A DNA stretch of 64,000 bases from Pseudomonadota bacterium (lineage in GTDB: Bacteria; Pseudomonadota; Gammaproteobacteria; Burkholderiales; SG8-39). The stretch lies in contig JAZDIA010000034.1 in the NCBI GenBank assembly GCA_043805375.1, positions 9,916-73,915 of the forward strand, given 5' to 3'. Shown one piece after another: positions 30,977-41,501 of this stretch. The position numbers were made by a program, and so were the translations under genes. The notes under the pieces are model-generated. The model worked only from the letters and a program-made list of their open reading frames with translations, ran no database searches and was not told the DNA's origin. How positions within the stretch are numbered: the stretch's first letter is position 1; each line of letters begins with the position of its first letter.

Positions 30977-32479
30977 TCAGAAGTCGTACTGAGCACGCAG
31001 CACGATGGCGTTTTCGGTCTGGTCAGCCCTGCCTGAGACCTTTATCGGCGTATCAAATTTGGTATGCACGTAATTCAGGATAAGCCGCGCATTCGGGTTA
31101 AATATCCATTTGGCAGCGGCAGTCCAGGCGTCCGCCTCGCTCGTGTAGGACGTAGAAGCTGTCGCCGTCGGCAATAACGACTTGAAGTCCGATGCATCGT
31201 ATTTGCTGTAGAGCAGGCCCAACTCAAACGCGCCCCAGCCGCCTTTTTCGTCAAAGTTACGTTTGGGTTTGATCCGCCCGAACACCCCGCTCTTGTAGCT
31301 ATCGGCCCAGTTTTCGCCTGTGACCAGCCAATTCAAATCGGCGTACCAAACATTGATGTCATTATCGTAAAGCATATCGGTATTCGGAGTGTCGGTCGTA
31401 TTACCAATCCGCCGCCCTGCAAAATTAGCATTGATATGCTCAGCCTGAAGTTTAACGGGTCCATATGCAACAGCCGTTTCCAACCCCCGGCGGCTGCGAT
31501 CAGCCTGGGCGTCGCCCAGCCTAGTAACAGTAAAGAATGTTGCGCCGTTTCCTTCCGTAACCTGGCTGATACTGCTGCCGGTTGAAGTCGAGAAACCGAT
31601 ACGCCCTTTGCTCGCCGACGCCCCCACATGAATCACCGCATTCTTGATTTCCGCCAGACTGGCAAAATTGGCGTTGACGCGGCCTGCGATATCCTTTGCA
31701 TTACTCACATCATCATTGTTCTGCCCGGTCCCATTCACGGCATATATGTTGTAATTGAGCCAAGGCAGCGGGTCGCCGTACAGCATCACGCCGCGATCGT
31801 AGGTCGATGTAAAAATGGTGCCGTTGTTGGTTGCCAGAGAAGGCTCGGTGAAATCGTAGAAATTGCTGCTATGAGCACGCTCAAGCCCGAAAAAAGGCTT
31901 GAATTGGCCGGCGCGGATCTTGGCGCCTTGCCATCGGGTAAAATCCAGATGGCCGTAGGTCAGCGCTGTCGTACCTTTGGCTCCTGTATTGTCGTTGGCA
32001 TATTCGCCCTCGACACGCACCGCGAAATCCTTGAGGAACGAGAAGGTACCACCGAGGCGCGCGCGCCGGATGCTGAAGGTATCGTTTTTCCATTGCGTGG
32101 GTTCGTAGGTGCGGTAATCAGTCTGTATCCGCCCGTTGATCTGCAGTTTCCAATCGCCGCTGCCATCCTCAAATACCAGCCCGTCCTTGAACGAGGCGTA
32201 CGCCGGGTTAACCATGCCCATGCCTTTTTCTGCAATCTTCTGCTCCTTGTTCTGCGCCAGTTGTTGCTGCACCGCCGTCAATTCCGCGCTGAGCGCCTGC
32301 ATCTGCTTTTCCTGCTCCGCGCGCTGCTGCTGCATTTGTTGCATCATCTGTTCGAGCAGTTTGATACGGGCTTCCGCATCGTTCTGCTCTTGAGCCCGCG
32401 CAGCCGGTATTGCCATTACTGCCAGCATGCCCAGCAGCACCACGCGTTTGCCCGACTCCAAGAAATAGTTCATGTCCAT
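30977..32479 (-). CDS. OprO/OprP-like porin with an N-terminal coiled-coil segment
   Basis: 500 aa with a signal peptide, a Gln-rich heptad-like stretch (LLEQMMQQMQQQRAEQEKQMQALSAELTAVQQQLAQ), then alternating beta-strand sequence ending ...LRAQYDF (aromatic terminus). The family call is from memory. Confidence 0.55.
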   Translation of the reverse strand: MDMNYFLESGKRVVLLGMLAVMAIPAARAQEQNDAEARIKLLEQMMQQMQQQRAEQEKQMQALSAELTAVQQQLAQNKEQKIAEKGMGMVNPAYASFKDGLVFEDGSGDWKLQINGRIQTDYRTYEPTQWKNDTFSIRRARLGGTFSFLKDFAVRVEGEYANDNTGAKGTTALTYGHLDFTRWQGAKIRAGQFKPFFGLERAHSSNFYDFTEPSLATNNGTIFTSTYDRGVMLYGDPLPWLNYNIYAVNGTGQNNDDVSNAKDIAGRVNANFASLAEIKNAVIHVGASASKGRIGFSTSTGSSISQVTEGNGATFFTVTRLGDAQADRSRRGLETAVAYGPVKLQAEHINANFAGRRIGNTTDTPNTDMLYDNDINVWYADLNWLVTGENWADSYKSGVFGRIKPKRNFDEKGGWGAFELGLLYSKYDASDFKSLLPTATASTSYTSEADAWTAAAKWIFNPNARLILNYVHTKFDTPIKVSGRADQTENAIVLRAQYDF

Positions 32480-32784
32480 CCCCTAAGTTCGCTCTGAAAT
32501 CAGAATTTCGGTGAAATCCGACTGGCTGTTATGTTTATAGGATACAGCGTTGCTGTCAAGCACCGCCAAATATGAATGCACATGCATGTTCCCGATGCAG
32601 TTGAGCCTGCGGTCGAACATGGTCGGTGGGTAGAAGAAATGCAGAGATTGAGCGCCAAATGTCTGGTTTGCGCTAACGCTTCTGAACATTTGCCGCACCG
32701 GCTCCCCTGCCGTCAATCTGGCGCCGGGCATCGCGGCATGCGATTTGCCCAAGGCTCGCACTGCCTGTAACATCCCGGTTCATT

Positions 32785-34227
32785 TTGAGTTCACGCAAAC
32801 ACTTGAACAATAAGCCCCCATTGCTGCCTGTGCTGTTGCAGATGTTGCTCGCAGCCTGCCTGCTCGGCGCGTGCGCAACGCAAACTTACCGGGCCAAACC
32901 TATCGCACCCGAACAGGCAGCCCGGCAATGGCGCGAGCGCAGCCTGCAAAGTCCGTTGCTGCAGGCATACATGGCCGGGCAGGGCCATGCGGAAAACCGG
33001 CTCCCGGTCAAGGAATGGGGATTGCCGGAACTGACCATGGCAGCGTTCTTTTTTCACCCGAATCTAGAACTGGCACGTGCCCAATGGCAAGCCGCGCAAG
33101 CTATGCAAGCCACCGCGGCGCAGAAGCTCAATCCGTCCCTGAATACAAGCGCGGAGCACCACAGCAAGGCCAGCGGCGTTTCCCCTTGGACGCTTGGCGT
33201 CGCCCTGGATTTTACGCTTGAAGCAAGCGGCAAACGCGAAGCACGCATGGAGCATGCTGCCAGCCTGTCCGAAGCGGCGCGCCTGGATTCCGGCCAGACT
33301 GCCTGGCAGGTGCGCAGCCATTTACGCCTGCGGCTGCTCGACTATTACGCTGTGCTGCGCCAGGTAGAACTACTGCAAGAAGAAACTGCTGCGCGCGCGG
33401 AAATTGTCAGACTGTTGGAAACCCGCTTGGGCGCGGGCCTGATTTCCGACGTGGATGTGAGCGACGCACGCCTGCAATTCCAGAAAACGCAGGCAATTCT
33501 GGATGCCGAAACCAGCCGTATCCCTGAATTGCAAGCCACCCTGGCCGCTGCCGTGGGGCTGCCTGCTTTGGCGCTCGCCACTGCAACGCTGCAGCTTTCA
33601 GCGTTCGACCGGATCGTGGCGGCTGATCGACTCCCTGCTGCTGAAATACAGCGTGCTGCCCTGCTCAACCGCCTGGACATTCGCGCTGCGCTGGCCCGTT
33701 ACAGCGCAGCGGAAGCCAAGTTCAGGCTGGAAATCGCCAAGCAGCGGCCCGACATCGCCCTTGGTCCCGGTTACAGTTTCGACCAAGGAGACAACCGCTG
33801 GTCGCTGGGTCTTTCTCTGGCGTTGGCCTGGCTCAACAAGAACGAAGGTCCGATTGCGGAAGCCCTGGCGCAAAGGGAGGTCGAGGCGCGCCGGTTCGAA
33901 GCCTTGCAGGCACGCGTCATCGGCGAGCAGGAACAGGGACTGGTGCGCTATCTTGCGAGTCTGGACGAACTGGCGAAAGCCGAGGGGCTGCGCAACGCCG
34001 TCACTGCCAAAGCAGCGCTGATCGAAAAGCAGTTCGATGCCGGTTATAGTGATCGTATCGAACTCGCCGGCACGCGGCTGGAAGGCATCAGCGCGGAACA
34101 AGCGGTATCCGACGCGCGCATCAGGACGCAACGTGCGCTCGGCGCATTGGAGGATGCCGTGCAGCAGCCCTTGGACGGCAGCGCGCCGTTACCTGATCTT
34201 TTCGCTGCAAGGAATTCCGAACCATGA
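32785..34227 (+). CDS. czcC: outer-membrane efflux lipoprotein, TolC/CzcC family
   Basis: 480 aa with a lipobox LLGAC and two OEP repeats. First gene of a C-B-A efflux operon. The start may be the internal Met at 32842. Confidence 0.75.
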   Translation: MSSRKHLNNKPPLLPVLLQMLLAACLLGACATQTYRAKPIAPEQAARQWRERSLQSPLLQAYMAGQGHAENRLPVKEWGLPELTMAAFFFHPNLELARAQWQAAQAMQATAAQKLNPSLNTSAEHHSKASGVSPWTLGVALDFTLEASGKREARMEHAASLSEAARLDSGQTAWQVRSHLRLRLLDYYAVLRQVELLQEETAARAEIVRLLETRLGAGLISDVDVSDARLQFQKTQAILDAETSRIPELQATLAAAVGLPALALATATLQLSAFDRIVAADRLPAAEIQRAALLNRLDIRAALARYSAAEAKFRLEIAKQRPDIALGPGYSFDQGDNRWSLGLSLALAWLNKNEGPIAEALAQREVEARRFEALQARVIGEQEQGLVRYLASLDELAKAEGLRNAVTAKAALIEKQFDAGYSDRIELAGTRLEGISAEQAVSDARIRTQRALGALEDAVQQPLDGSAPLPDLFAARNSEP

Positions 34228-35288
34228 ACCGCAAGATACTCGCCATTATCACGCTGCAAACCCTGATCATCATCGTGCTGTTCTGGGCGCTGGTGTTCTA
34301 TGGCAAGGACGAATATGAAGCCTATACGAGTGAGGATGACAACCAGATAGCCAGCGTGTCGCGCATTGCCGAGGATAAAGGTTCCACCGTGGTCACGCTG
34401 TCTGCGGAATCGCAGCAGCAGAGCGGCATTGCCGTTTCCGTCCTGCAAGGCACGGCCTATCAGCCGACGCTGGCCTCGTTCGGCTCCGTGCTTAGCATCC
34501 AACCTTTGATCGAGTTGCGTTCGCGTTACCTGGCCGCGCGAGCGGATGCCAATGTAGTGCGCGCCTCGCTGAACAATTCGCAACAGGATTACCAGCGTTT
34601 GCTCGCGCTCAACCGTGACGGCCGCAACGTATCCGACCGCGCCCTGCAAGCTGCCGAAGCGGTGTGGAAAGCGGATGAGGCAAAACTCGCCGCCGCAGAA
34701 ACCGTGGCCGTCAACCAGCGCGATACCATGCGTCAGCAGTGGGGTGACACTCTCACGGCATGGGCAACGCAGCCGCACAGCCACGCGGAATTGCAACGCT
34801 TGATCGAACAGCGCGACGTGCTGATTCAGGTAAGTCTGCCGTTTGAAGCAATCACACCGGAAAAAAACAGTTCTCTTAGCGTGGAACCTGCCGGAATGCA
34901 AGGCAAGGCGATCCGCGCCGGCTACATTTCGCCTTCCCCGCAGACCGACCCGACGATTCAGGGCCGCACTTTTTATTACTTCGCCCCGGCAGACAAGCTG
35001 CGTGCCGGCATGCGCGTGGCAGTCAAACTCGCGGGGCAAGGCAAGGCCGTCGGCGGCGTGATCGTGCCGGCGAGCGCAGTGGTATGGTATGCCGGCAAAG
35101 CCTGGGTTTATCAGCAGCAAGCCGCGGAACGCTTCGTGCGTCGCCAGGTCGGCACGGACACGGAATCCGGCGAGGGCTGGTTCAATGCCGGTAATCTCAA
35201 TGCAGGAGACCGCGTGGTAACCAGTGGCGTACAGTTGCTGTTGTCGGAGGAATTCAAGTATCAGATCAAGAACGAGAACGAAGACTGA
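34224..35288 (+). CDS. czcB: RND efflux periplasmic adaptor (membrane fusion protein)
   Basis: 354 aa with an N-terminal TM helix and a coiled-coil hairpin region. ATGA overlap with czcC. Confidence 0.7.
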   Translation: MNRKILAIITLQTLIIIVLFWALVFYGKDEYEAYTSEDDNQIASVSRIAEDKGSTVVTLSAESQQQSGIAVSVLQGTAYQPTLASFGSVLSIQPLIELRSRYLAARADANVVRASLNNSQQDYQRLLALNRDGRNVSDRALQAAEAVWKADEAKLAAAETVAVNQRDTMRQQWGDTLTAWATQPHSHAELQRLIEQRDVLIQVSLPFEAITPEKNSSLSVEPAGMQGKAIRAGYISPSPQTDPTIQGRTFYYFAPADKLRAGMRVAVKLAGQGKAVGGVIVPASAVVWYAGKAWVYQQQAAERFVRRQVGTDTESGEGWFNAGNLNAGDRVVTSGVQLLLSEEFKYQIKNENED

Positions 35289-35372
35289 TGACAAATCCGG
35301 CTGGTATGAGAAGAATGAGCGAGCACGCGGCACGGCAATCGGACGGGACTGCGGGTTCATAAGAGTTTCGGC

Positions 35373-38300
35373 ATGATGTCGGCCATCGTCCGCTTCTCCA
35401 TCCGCTTCTACGGCGTCGTCATCGGCCTGGCAAGCCTGGTGGTGGTTTACGGCCTTTACACCCTGACGCGCACCAATCTCGACGTTTTTCCGGAATTCTC
35501 GCCGACGCAGGTCATTATCCAGACCGAATCACCTGGGCTGTCTGCGGAACGGGTGGAGGTGCTGGTCACGCAACCGATAGAAAACAGCATCGCGGGCACG
35601 GTGGGCATCGACATGATGCGCTCGCAGTCGATTCCCGGCCTTTCCGTGGTGACCGTGATCTTCAAGGAAGGCTCCGATATCTACCGCAACCGGCAAGTTG
35701 TCGCGGAACGCCTCGCCGGGCTGGCCGGCCGGCTGCCGCGCGGCATCACGCCGGACATTACGCCGCTAACCTCCTCCGCCAGCACGGTGCTGGGCGCGGG
35801 GATAACCTCGGACACGCGCTCGCCGATGGAGCTGCGCTCCCTGGTGGACTGGACCATCCGCCCGCACCTGCTGGCGGTGCCCGGAGTGGCTGACGTCAAC
35901 GTTTTCGGCGGCCAGGTGCGTCAGTTCCAGATACAGGTAGAGCCGGACAAACTGATCCGCTACGGCCTGTCGTTACAGGACGTGCTGGATGCAGCCGGCC
36001 ACGCCACCGGTGTGCTCGGTGGCGGCTACATCGAGAACCGCAACCAGCGCATCGTCATCAATTCCGAAGGTCAAGCCACCACTCCCGCGCAACTGGCGCA
36101 GGCCACGCTGCTGCACCGCAACGGGCAGACGGTGCGGCTGGGAGATATAGGCAGCGTGATCGAAGCCGCCGCGCCTTCGATCAGCGCTGCCGCCATCGAC
36201 GGCAAGCCCGGCGTCTACCTCTCGGTGCAAGGCCAACTCGGCGCCAACACCAAAGCGGTCACCCAGGCTACGGAAAAGGCGCTGCAAGACCTGGCGCCGA
36301 TGCTGGCAGCGGAGCAGGTCACGCTGCATGCCAGGCTGTTCCGGCCCGCCAACTTCATCGAAACCGCCGTCTCCGGGGTCAAGAGCGACATTCTGGTCGG
36401 TTCGGCGCTGGTGGTGACGGTGTTGTTCCTGTTCCTGTTCAACGCGCGCACCGCGTTCATTTCGGCCACGGCGATTCCACTATCCCTGCTTGCCGCCATT
36501 CTCATCCTCAACCGCTATGGCATCGGGCTCAATATCATGGTGCTGGGCGGGCTGGCGATCGCGCTGGGCGAAGTGGTGGACGACGCCATCATCGACACCG
36601 AAAACATCTTCCGCCGCCTGCGCGAAAACCACCAATTGGCCACGCCGCTGCCGCTGCACGAGGTGGTGTTCAACGCCTCGATGGAAGTGCGCAATTCGGT
36701 AGTCTATGCCACCATCATCGTCGCCCTGGTGTTCATGCCGCTGCTGACCCTGTCCGGCGTGGCGGGCCGGCTGTTCGCCCCGCTCGGAATGGCCTACATT
36801 TTTGCCATCATGGCCTCGCTGGTGGTGGCGCTGACCCTGACGCCGGCGCTGTGCTATATCCTGTTCGCGCGCGCCGATCTCGAAAGCGCCGACCCGCCGC
36901 TGATCCGGATGATCAAAGGCGGCTACGTGCGCACGTTGCACAGAATCGAACGGCATTACCGCCTCACCATCGGCCTGGTGGCCTTGTTCATCGCCCTCGG
37001 GCTGGGCATCCTGCCGCTGTTCAAGAGCCAGTTCATTCCCAACCTCAAGGAAGGCCATTACATCCTGCACATGACGGCCGTGCCCGGCACTTCGGAGAAG
37101 GAATCGCTGCGCATCGGAGAACGCGTTACGCAAGCCATCGGCAGCATCAAGGGGGTGAAATCGGTGGCCCAGTGGGTGGGCCGGGCGCAGAACGGGGCCG
37201 ACACCTTCGGCACGCACTACAGCGAATTCGAAGTGGAAATCGGCACGCTCTCCGGAGAGGAACAAGGGCGCATCCTGCATCAGATCCGCGAGACCCTGAC
37301 CGGCTACCCCGGCGCAAGCTCGGCCGCGCGCAGCTACCCCGGCGTCAACTTCGCCATCAACACCTTCCTCACCGAGCGCATCGAGGAAACCATTTCCGGC
37401 TTTGCCGCGGCGATGGTCGTCAATATCTACGGCAGCGATCTTGACGCGCTTGACCGCGATGCATGGGCAGTGGCAAACGTGCTGGCAAGCATCCCCGGCG
37501 CCACCGACGTACAGGTGCAGTCACCGCCGGGAACGCCGCAGTTGAATATCCGCCTGCGCCCGGAACGCATGGCGCAATGGGGGCTGAAACCGCTGGATGT
37601 TCTGGAAAACATCCGCGTCGCCTACGAGGGCGTGCCGGTAGCGCAGGTATACGAAGGCAACCGCATTGTCGGTGTCAGCGTGGTGTTGGCCCCTGCGGTG
37701 CGCCAGCATATCGGTGATATCGGCAGCCTGCCGCTGCGCAACCCGGAAGGACGTATCGTACGTTTGGCCGATATCGCCGATATCGTCCAGGCCAGCGGTC
37801 GCGGCAAAATCATGCACATAGGAGCAAAGCGCATCCAGATCGTCACCTGCAACGTTGCCAAACGCGACATCGGCAGCTTCTCGGCGGAAATGAAAAAACG
37901 CGTGCGCAGCGAGGTGAAATTCTCCCCCGGCAACTATCCTGCCTTCACCGGCGAGGCCGAGGCCCAGGCGCAATCCCGTGAAGACCTCGTCGTCCATTCG
38001 CTGCTGGCCGGCGTCGGCATCTTCCTCATGCTCTACATTGCTTTCGGGCGGTTGCGCAACCTGCTGCTCACTTTCGCCAACTTGCCCTTCGCCCTGATCG
38101 GCGGGGTGCTGGCCGTGCTGTTTACCGGCGGCTGGATATCGCTTGGCTCGCTGGTCGGGTTTGTCACTCTGTTCGGCATCACGCTGCGCAACTCCATCAT
38201 GCTGGTGTCGCATTACCAGCACCTGATCGGCGAAGAAGGCATGACCTGGGGGCTGGAAACCGCCATCCGCGGCGCTTCCGAGCGCCTGCCGTCGATCCTG

Positions 38301-38492
38301 ATGACGGCGCTGGTCACAGCTCTCGGTTTGCTGCCGCTCGCCCTCGGCAGCGGCCAGCCGGGGCGCGAAATCGAAGGCCCGATGGCGACCATCATCGTCG
38401 GCGGGCTGATCACTTCGACCATCCTGAATCTGCTGATCCTGCCGACCATCATGCTGCATTTCGGACGCTTCGAAAAAGACACCCTCAAATAG
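35373..38492 (+). CDS. czcA: CusA/CzcA-family heavy-metal efflux RND pump
   Basis: 1039 aa with 12-TM RND topology and a conserved TM4 acidic motif (GLAIALGEVVDDAIIDTENIFRRL). Confidence 0.88.
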   Translation: MMSAIVRFSIRFYGVVIGLASLVVVYGLYTLTRTNLDVFPEFSPTQVIIQTESPGLSAERVEVLVTQPIENSIAGTVGIDMMRSQSIPGLSVVTVIFKEGSDIYRNRQVVAERLAGLAGRLPRGITPDITPLTSSASTVLGAGITSDTRSPMELRSLVDWTIRPHLLAVPGVADVNVFGGQVRQFQIQVEPDKLIRYGLSLQDVLDAAGHATGVLGGGYIENRNQRIVINSEGQATTPAQLAQATLLHRNGQTVRLGDIGSVIEAAAPSISAAAIDGKPGVYLSVQGQLGANTKAVTQATEKALQDLAPMLAAEQVTLHARLFRPANFIETAVSGVKSDILVGSALVVTVLFLFLFNARTAFISATAIPLSLLAAILILNRYGIGLNIMVLGGLAIALGEVVDDAIIDTENIFRRLRENHQLATPLPLHEVVFNASMEVRNSVVYATIIVALVFMPLLTLSGVAGRLFAPLGMAYIFAIMASLVVALTLTPALCYILFARADLESADPPLIRMIKGGYVRTLHRIERHYRLTIGLVALFIALGLGILPLFKSQFIPNLKEGHYILHMTAVPGTSEKESLRIGERVTQAIGSIKGVKSVAQWVGRAQNGADTFGTHYSEFEVEIGTLSGEEQGRILHQIRETLTGYPGASSAARSYPGVNFAINTFLTERIEETISGFAAAMVVNIYGSDLDALDRDAWAVANVLASIPGATDVQVQSPPGTPQLNIRLRPERMAQWGLKPLDVLENIRVAYEGVPVAQVYEGNRIVGVSVVLAPAVRQHIGDIGSLPLRNPEGRIVRLADIADIVQASGRGKIMHIGAKRIQIVTCNVAKRDIGSFSAEMKKRVRSEVKFSPGNYPAFTGEAEAQAQSREDLVVHSLLAGVGIFLMLYIAFGRLRNLLLTFANLPFALIGGVLAVLFTGGWISLGSLVGFVTLFGITLRNSIMLVSHYQHLIGEEGMTWGLETAIRGASERLPSILMTALVTALGLLPLALGSGQPGREIEGPMATIIVGGLITSTILNLLILPTIMLHFGRFEKDTLK

Positions 38493-38585
38493 TCAGAGGC
38501 TGTTGAGAAGAGAGCATCACGACCATTGAGCCGCTTATTGACTTCTTCAGCAGTTATTCAACAGCCTGCTGACGCTGCTTTGGGG

Positions 38586-39254
38586 CTATTTGATCGAGGC
38601 CGGATCTCTCGCATAAACCACGAACCATCTCTCGGGCATGCCGGCCCCCTGGGGATTGTTCTTACCCTGGAAAATATCGTATTCGCCGACAAGATGAAAT
38701 CCGACGTTTTCCATCCAGGTCTTTACCTGCTCCTTCTTGATCCTGTCTTCGGGAAGATCCCACTTTTTTGCAATCGGGTCATCGTATTCCTGTTCGACGA
38801 TCGCGATTCGCCCGCCGGGTTTGAGGTCGGCGGCGAGCACGCTCAGGTAGCCCTGGCGATCGTTCGTGTTATGAAAAACATCGTGAAAAAAAGCTACATC
38901 CACCTCGTCTTTCGGCAGCTTAGGCTTATCCTGCTCGGAGAGGATCGTCTGCAGGTTGCTTACGCTTTCTTTTCTTGCCTTTGCCTTGACGTGATCCAGA
39001 AGATCCGGCCACAGATCGACAGCCAGAGCTTTTCCAGATGGCGCAACAGCCTTGGCAAATGACAGGGTGAAAGCACCAACACCTGACCCGATATCGGCAA
39101 CCACATCACCGGGTTTTAGCTTCAAGCATGAGATTACTTCGTTGACCTTAAGACCGGATACTCTTTCGGGCCTCTCCAGTCGTTTGATCCAAGTCGCGGC
39201 GTCGGTTAAGTCCTGGTGAGTACCGGGCTTCTTGCCCCCCTGATCTGGATGCAT
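38586..39254 (-). CDS. class I SAM-dependent methyltransferase
   Basis: Motif I VADIGSGVGAFT. Start placed at ATG 39252-39254, which has a gaggag RBS. The ORF maximum is 39302. Confidence 0.7.
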   Translation of the reverse strand: MHPDQGGKKPGTHQDLTDAATWIKRLERPERVSGLKVNEVISCLKLKPGDVVADIGSGVGAFTLSFAKAVAPSGKALAVDLWPDLLDHVKAKARKESVSNLQTILSEQDKPKLPKDEVDVAFFHDVFHNTNDRQGYLSVLAADLKPGGRIAIVEQEYDDPIAKKWDLPEDRIKKEQVKTWMENVGFHLVGEYDIFQGKNNPQGAGMPERWFVVYARDPASIK

Positions 39255-39449
39255 TCTGACTCCTCTGATGAAATTCGCTGGTGAACAGGACAAACCAATC
39301 AAAGCCTATAAACTTCTTCTTCGATCATGCAATAATCATAACAGAAAATCGGCCTATCCCTCTGTCCCGGCCGCGCCAAGCGCCGATGCCAAACATCGCT
39401 GCGGCTCGAGTGCGCGGTCGAGCTAGCGTAACCGCAGACCGAACAAACC

Positions 39450-39851
39450 ATGCCCAATCAGGTCATCGAATTCACTACGGACAAGCGCTTCGTCCGCCGC
39501 GCGCGCGAACTGAAGACCATGGCAGCAATGGTGCGCCTGTACTGCCGCGGACACGATCACCCGGGCCGTTCTCCGCTTTGCGAAGCGTGCGCGGCGCTCC
39601 TCGATTACGCCGCGCGCCGCCTCGATCGCTGCGTCTTCGGAGATTCGAAACCGACCTGCACCAACTGCTTGGTCCATTGCTATAGCGCGGACCTGCGCGA
39701 ACAGGTCAGGGTGGTCATGAAATGGGCCGGTCCGCGCATGCTGTGGCGCCATCCGGTCCTGAGTTTTTTCCACGCGCTCGATGGGCGCCGGCCGGCGCCT
39801 ATGCTGCCTGCTAAGCCGGCGCAGGGTACAGATGATTCTCGCGCTGAATGA
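39450..39851 (+). CDS. YgbA-like 'nitrous oxide-stimulated promoter' family protein
   Basis: 133 aa with Cys-rich motifs RLYCRGHDH...LCEACAALLDYAARRLDRC....KPTCTNCLVHCY, typical of this family. Confidence 0.65.
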   Translation: MPNQVIEFTTDKRFVRRARELKTMAAMVRLYCRGHDHPGRSPLCEACAALLDYAARRLDRCVFGDSKPTCTNCLVHCYSADLREQVRVVMKWAGPRMLWRHPVLSFFHALDGRRPAPMLPAKPAQGTDDSRAE

Positions 39852-40100
39852 CTCCAAGGCGTCGCCCCGGGGCATGCGGCAACGCCAATTCTTCCCGCTT
39901 GAATCCAGCGTTGGAGCGCAGGACGTATCCGCACAGACCGTCGGGATGCCGCACTCGCCTGGCGAGGACTAGCGCCAGCGGCAAATCAGGACGCGCGCAG
40001 GCCACCGGCTCCGCGCCCGCGTGGTTCTACGCGTGTACTCGCGACAACGTAGGCCCGCTTCCGGCCGACAGCGCGCAGTGGCGAACTGGCGCTACCGACA

Positions 40101-41189
40101 CTACGCGATCACTCCGGATTTCGGATCGCCGAACCGAATCGAATTTCGCCCTGCCGCTTTCGCCTGATACATTGCCATATCCGCCTGCTTAATAATATCT
40201 TCCCTGCTCGCTTCGTGATTGATAAATAGCGCCACTCCGATGCTCGCCGTACCATGATATTCAATAGCGGCTTCTACCTCGTTCTCCCGCTGACATTTCA
40301 GCTCGTACCGTCCGGCCAGGACGGCGTGGACTTTTTCCGCCACAACTCTGGACAGTAGGACAGACTTGGCTTTGTCCTTATCCAGTTCACAGAGAACCAG
40401 CACGAACTCATCGCCGCCAAAACGCGCGACCGTATCCATCTCACGTAAGCAACCGGTGATGCGCCGGCCCACCTCCGGCAGCAGCAGATCCCCGATGGTA
40501 TGACCATGCGTATCATTGAGCAGTTTGAAGTTGTCCAAATCGAGAAACATCAGTGCGCCGTACCGTCCACTGCGTTTGCTGGTCGCCATGGCTTGATCCA
40601 ATCGATCGCTCAGCAGACGCCGATTGGGAAGTTGCGTCAACGCGTCATAAAACGCCAAATTGTGAATCTTCTGCTCATTTTCCATACGCTCGCTGATGTC
40701 GCGGGAAACAACGACAACACGCGACGCTTGGCCTTGGCTATTTCTAATCAGCGTGCCGCAGGATTCCATGTAACGGATATTGCCGTTTCCCAGCACAAAG
40801 CGAAAATTCAAGCGATGGCCGCGGCCCGATTGCACGGTGTCCTTGAATGCCCGTTTCACAAGTTCCAAATCAGCTGGATGTATCTCGGCGAAGGAGTCCG
40901 AGCCCTTAAGGGGTTCGACGTCGCCAAAAAGGCCGGCGTAAGAGGGGCTGTTGTAGAGCCGCCGGCCTTGCAGATCAATCACCGCAAAAAAGTCTTCGCT
41001 GTTCTCAACGATCATGCGAAAGAACTCTTCACTTCTTGGCTCGCGTCCATCGGCCCTCTTGGAGGCCGCGCATTGAGGTGCTTCCGTCTGCATTTGCCGG
41101 CTTGGATCGTTGTGCTTCCGCATGTCGTCCCGGTTCACGGGCTTTCCCTCCGTATCCGCGTGCCGACTGTCTTTTCCAGTATACATCAT
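40101..41189 (-). CDS. PAS-domain diguanylate cyclase (GGDEF)
   Basis: PAS segment (FFRMIVENSEDFFAVIDLQGRRLY) followed by a GGDEF domain with an intact RFGGDEFVLVL. The start is uncertain (ORF maximum 41366). Confidence 0.8.
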   Translation of the reverse strand: MMYTGKDSRHADTEGKPVNRDDMRKHNDPSRQMQTEAPQCAASKRADGREPRSEEFFRMIVENSEDFFAVIDLQGRRLYNSPSYAGLFGDVEPLKGSDSFAEIHPADLELVKRAFKDTVQSGRGHRLNFRFVLGNGNIRYMESCGTLIRNSQGQASRVVVVSRDISERMENEQKIHNLAFYDALTQLPNRRLLSDRLDQAMATSKRSGRYGALMFLDLDNFKLLNDTHGHTIGDLLLPEVGRRITGCLREMDTVARFGGDEFVLVLCELDKDKAKSVLLSRVVAEKVHAVLAGRYELKCQRENEVEAAIEYHGTASIGVALFINHEASREDIIKQADMAMYQAKAAGRNSIRFGDPKSGVIA

Positions 41190-41501
41190 CAGTAGAATCC
41201 GGTATTGCCGATCAGCGTAACGGGAACAATCGGCGTGCATTCTGCGCCATGTCATTCGACACTTCAATCCGTCGACCGCCGCCAAAATGGCGGGCCTCGC
41301 GATTGCCGGCCATGAAAGAAATCCCCGGTACAAGCGCGACGACAGTCGCGAACGCGGCTGCCACAACGACCAAGGCGAAGGGGCTCATTAGACTCTTTTT
41401 TCGGAAATTAGGAAACCAATTTTATGCGCCGCTTGCGATCGGAATGTTGACGAAAGTCACGATATGGGGGGGAGGGGGAAGGCGGACGCAGTCAGGCGAC
41501 A

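Noticed and set aside
32483-32773. Small ORFs (96 aa on the minus strand, 64 aa His-rich on the plus strand) in the porin-czcC gap as a CzcI-like accessory gene
   Set aside because: There is no signal peptide, no RBS and no recognisable motif. The two ORFs overlap each other on opposite strands, so at least one is spurious.
34044-35360. 438-aa ORF on the minus strand
   Set aside because: It is antisense to the czcB adaptor gene and the czcC 3' end. The plus-strand genes form a coherent, overlap-coupled C-B-A operon.
39303-39449. NsrR-type operator upstream of the YgbA-like gene
   Set aside because: Only a weak partial palindrome is present (atcatgcaataatcat), with no convincing 11-1-11 inverted repeat.
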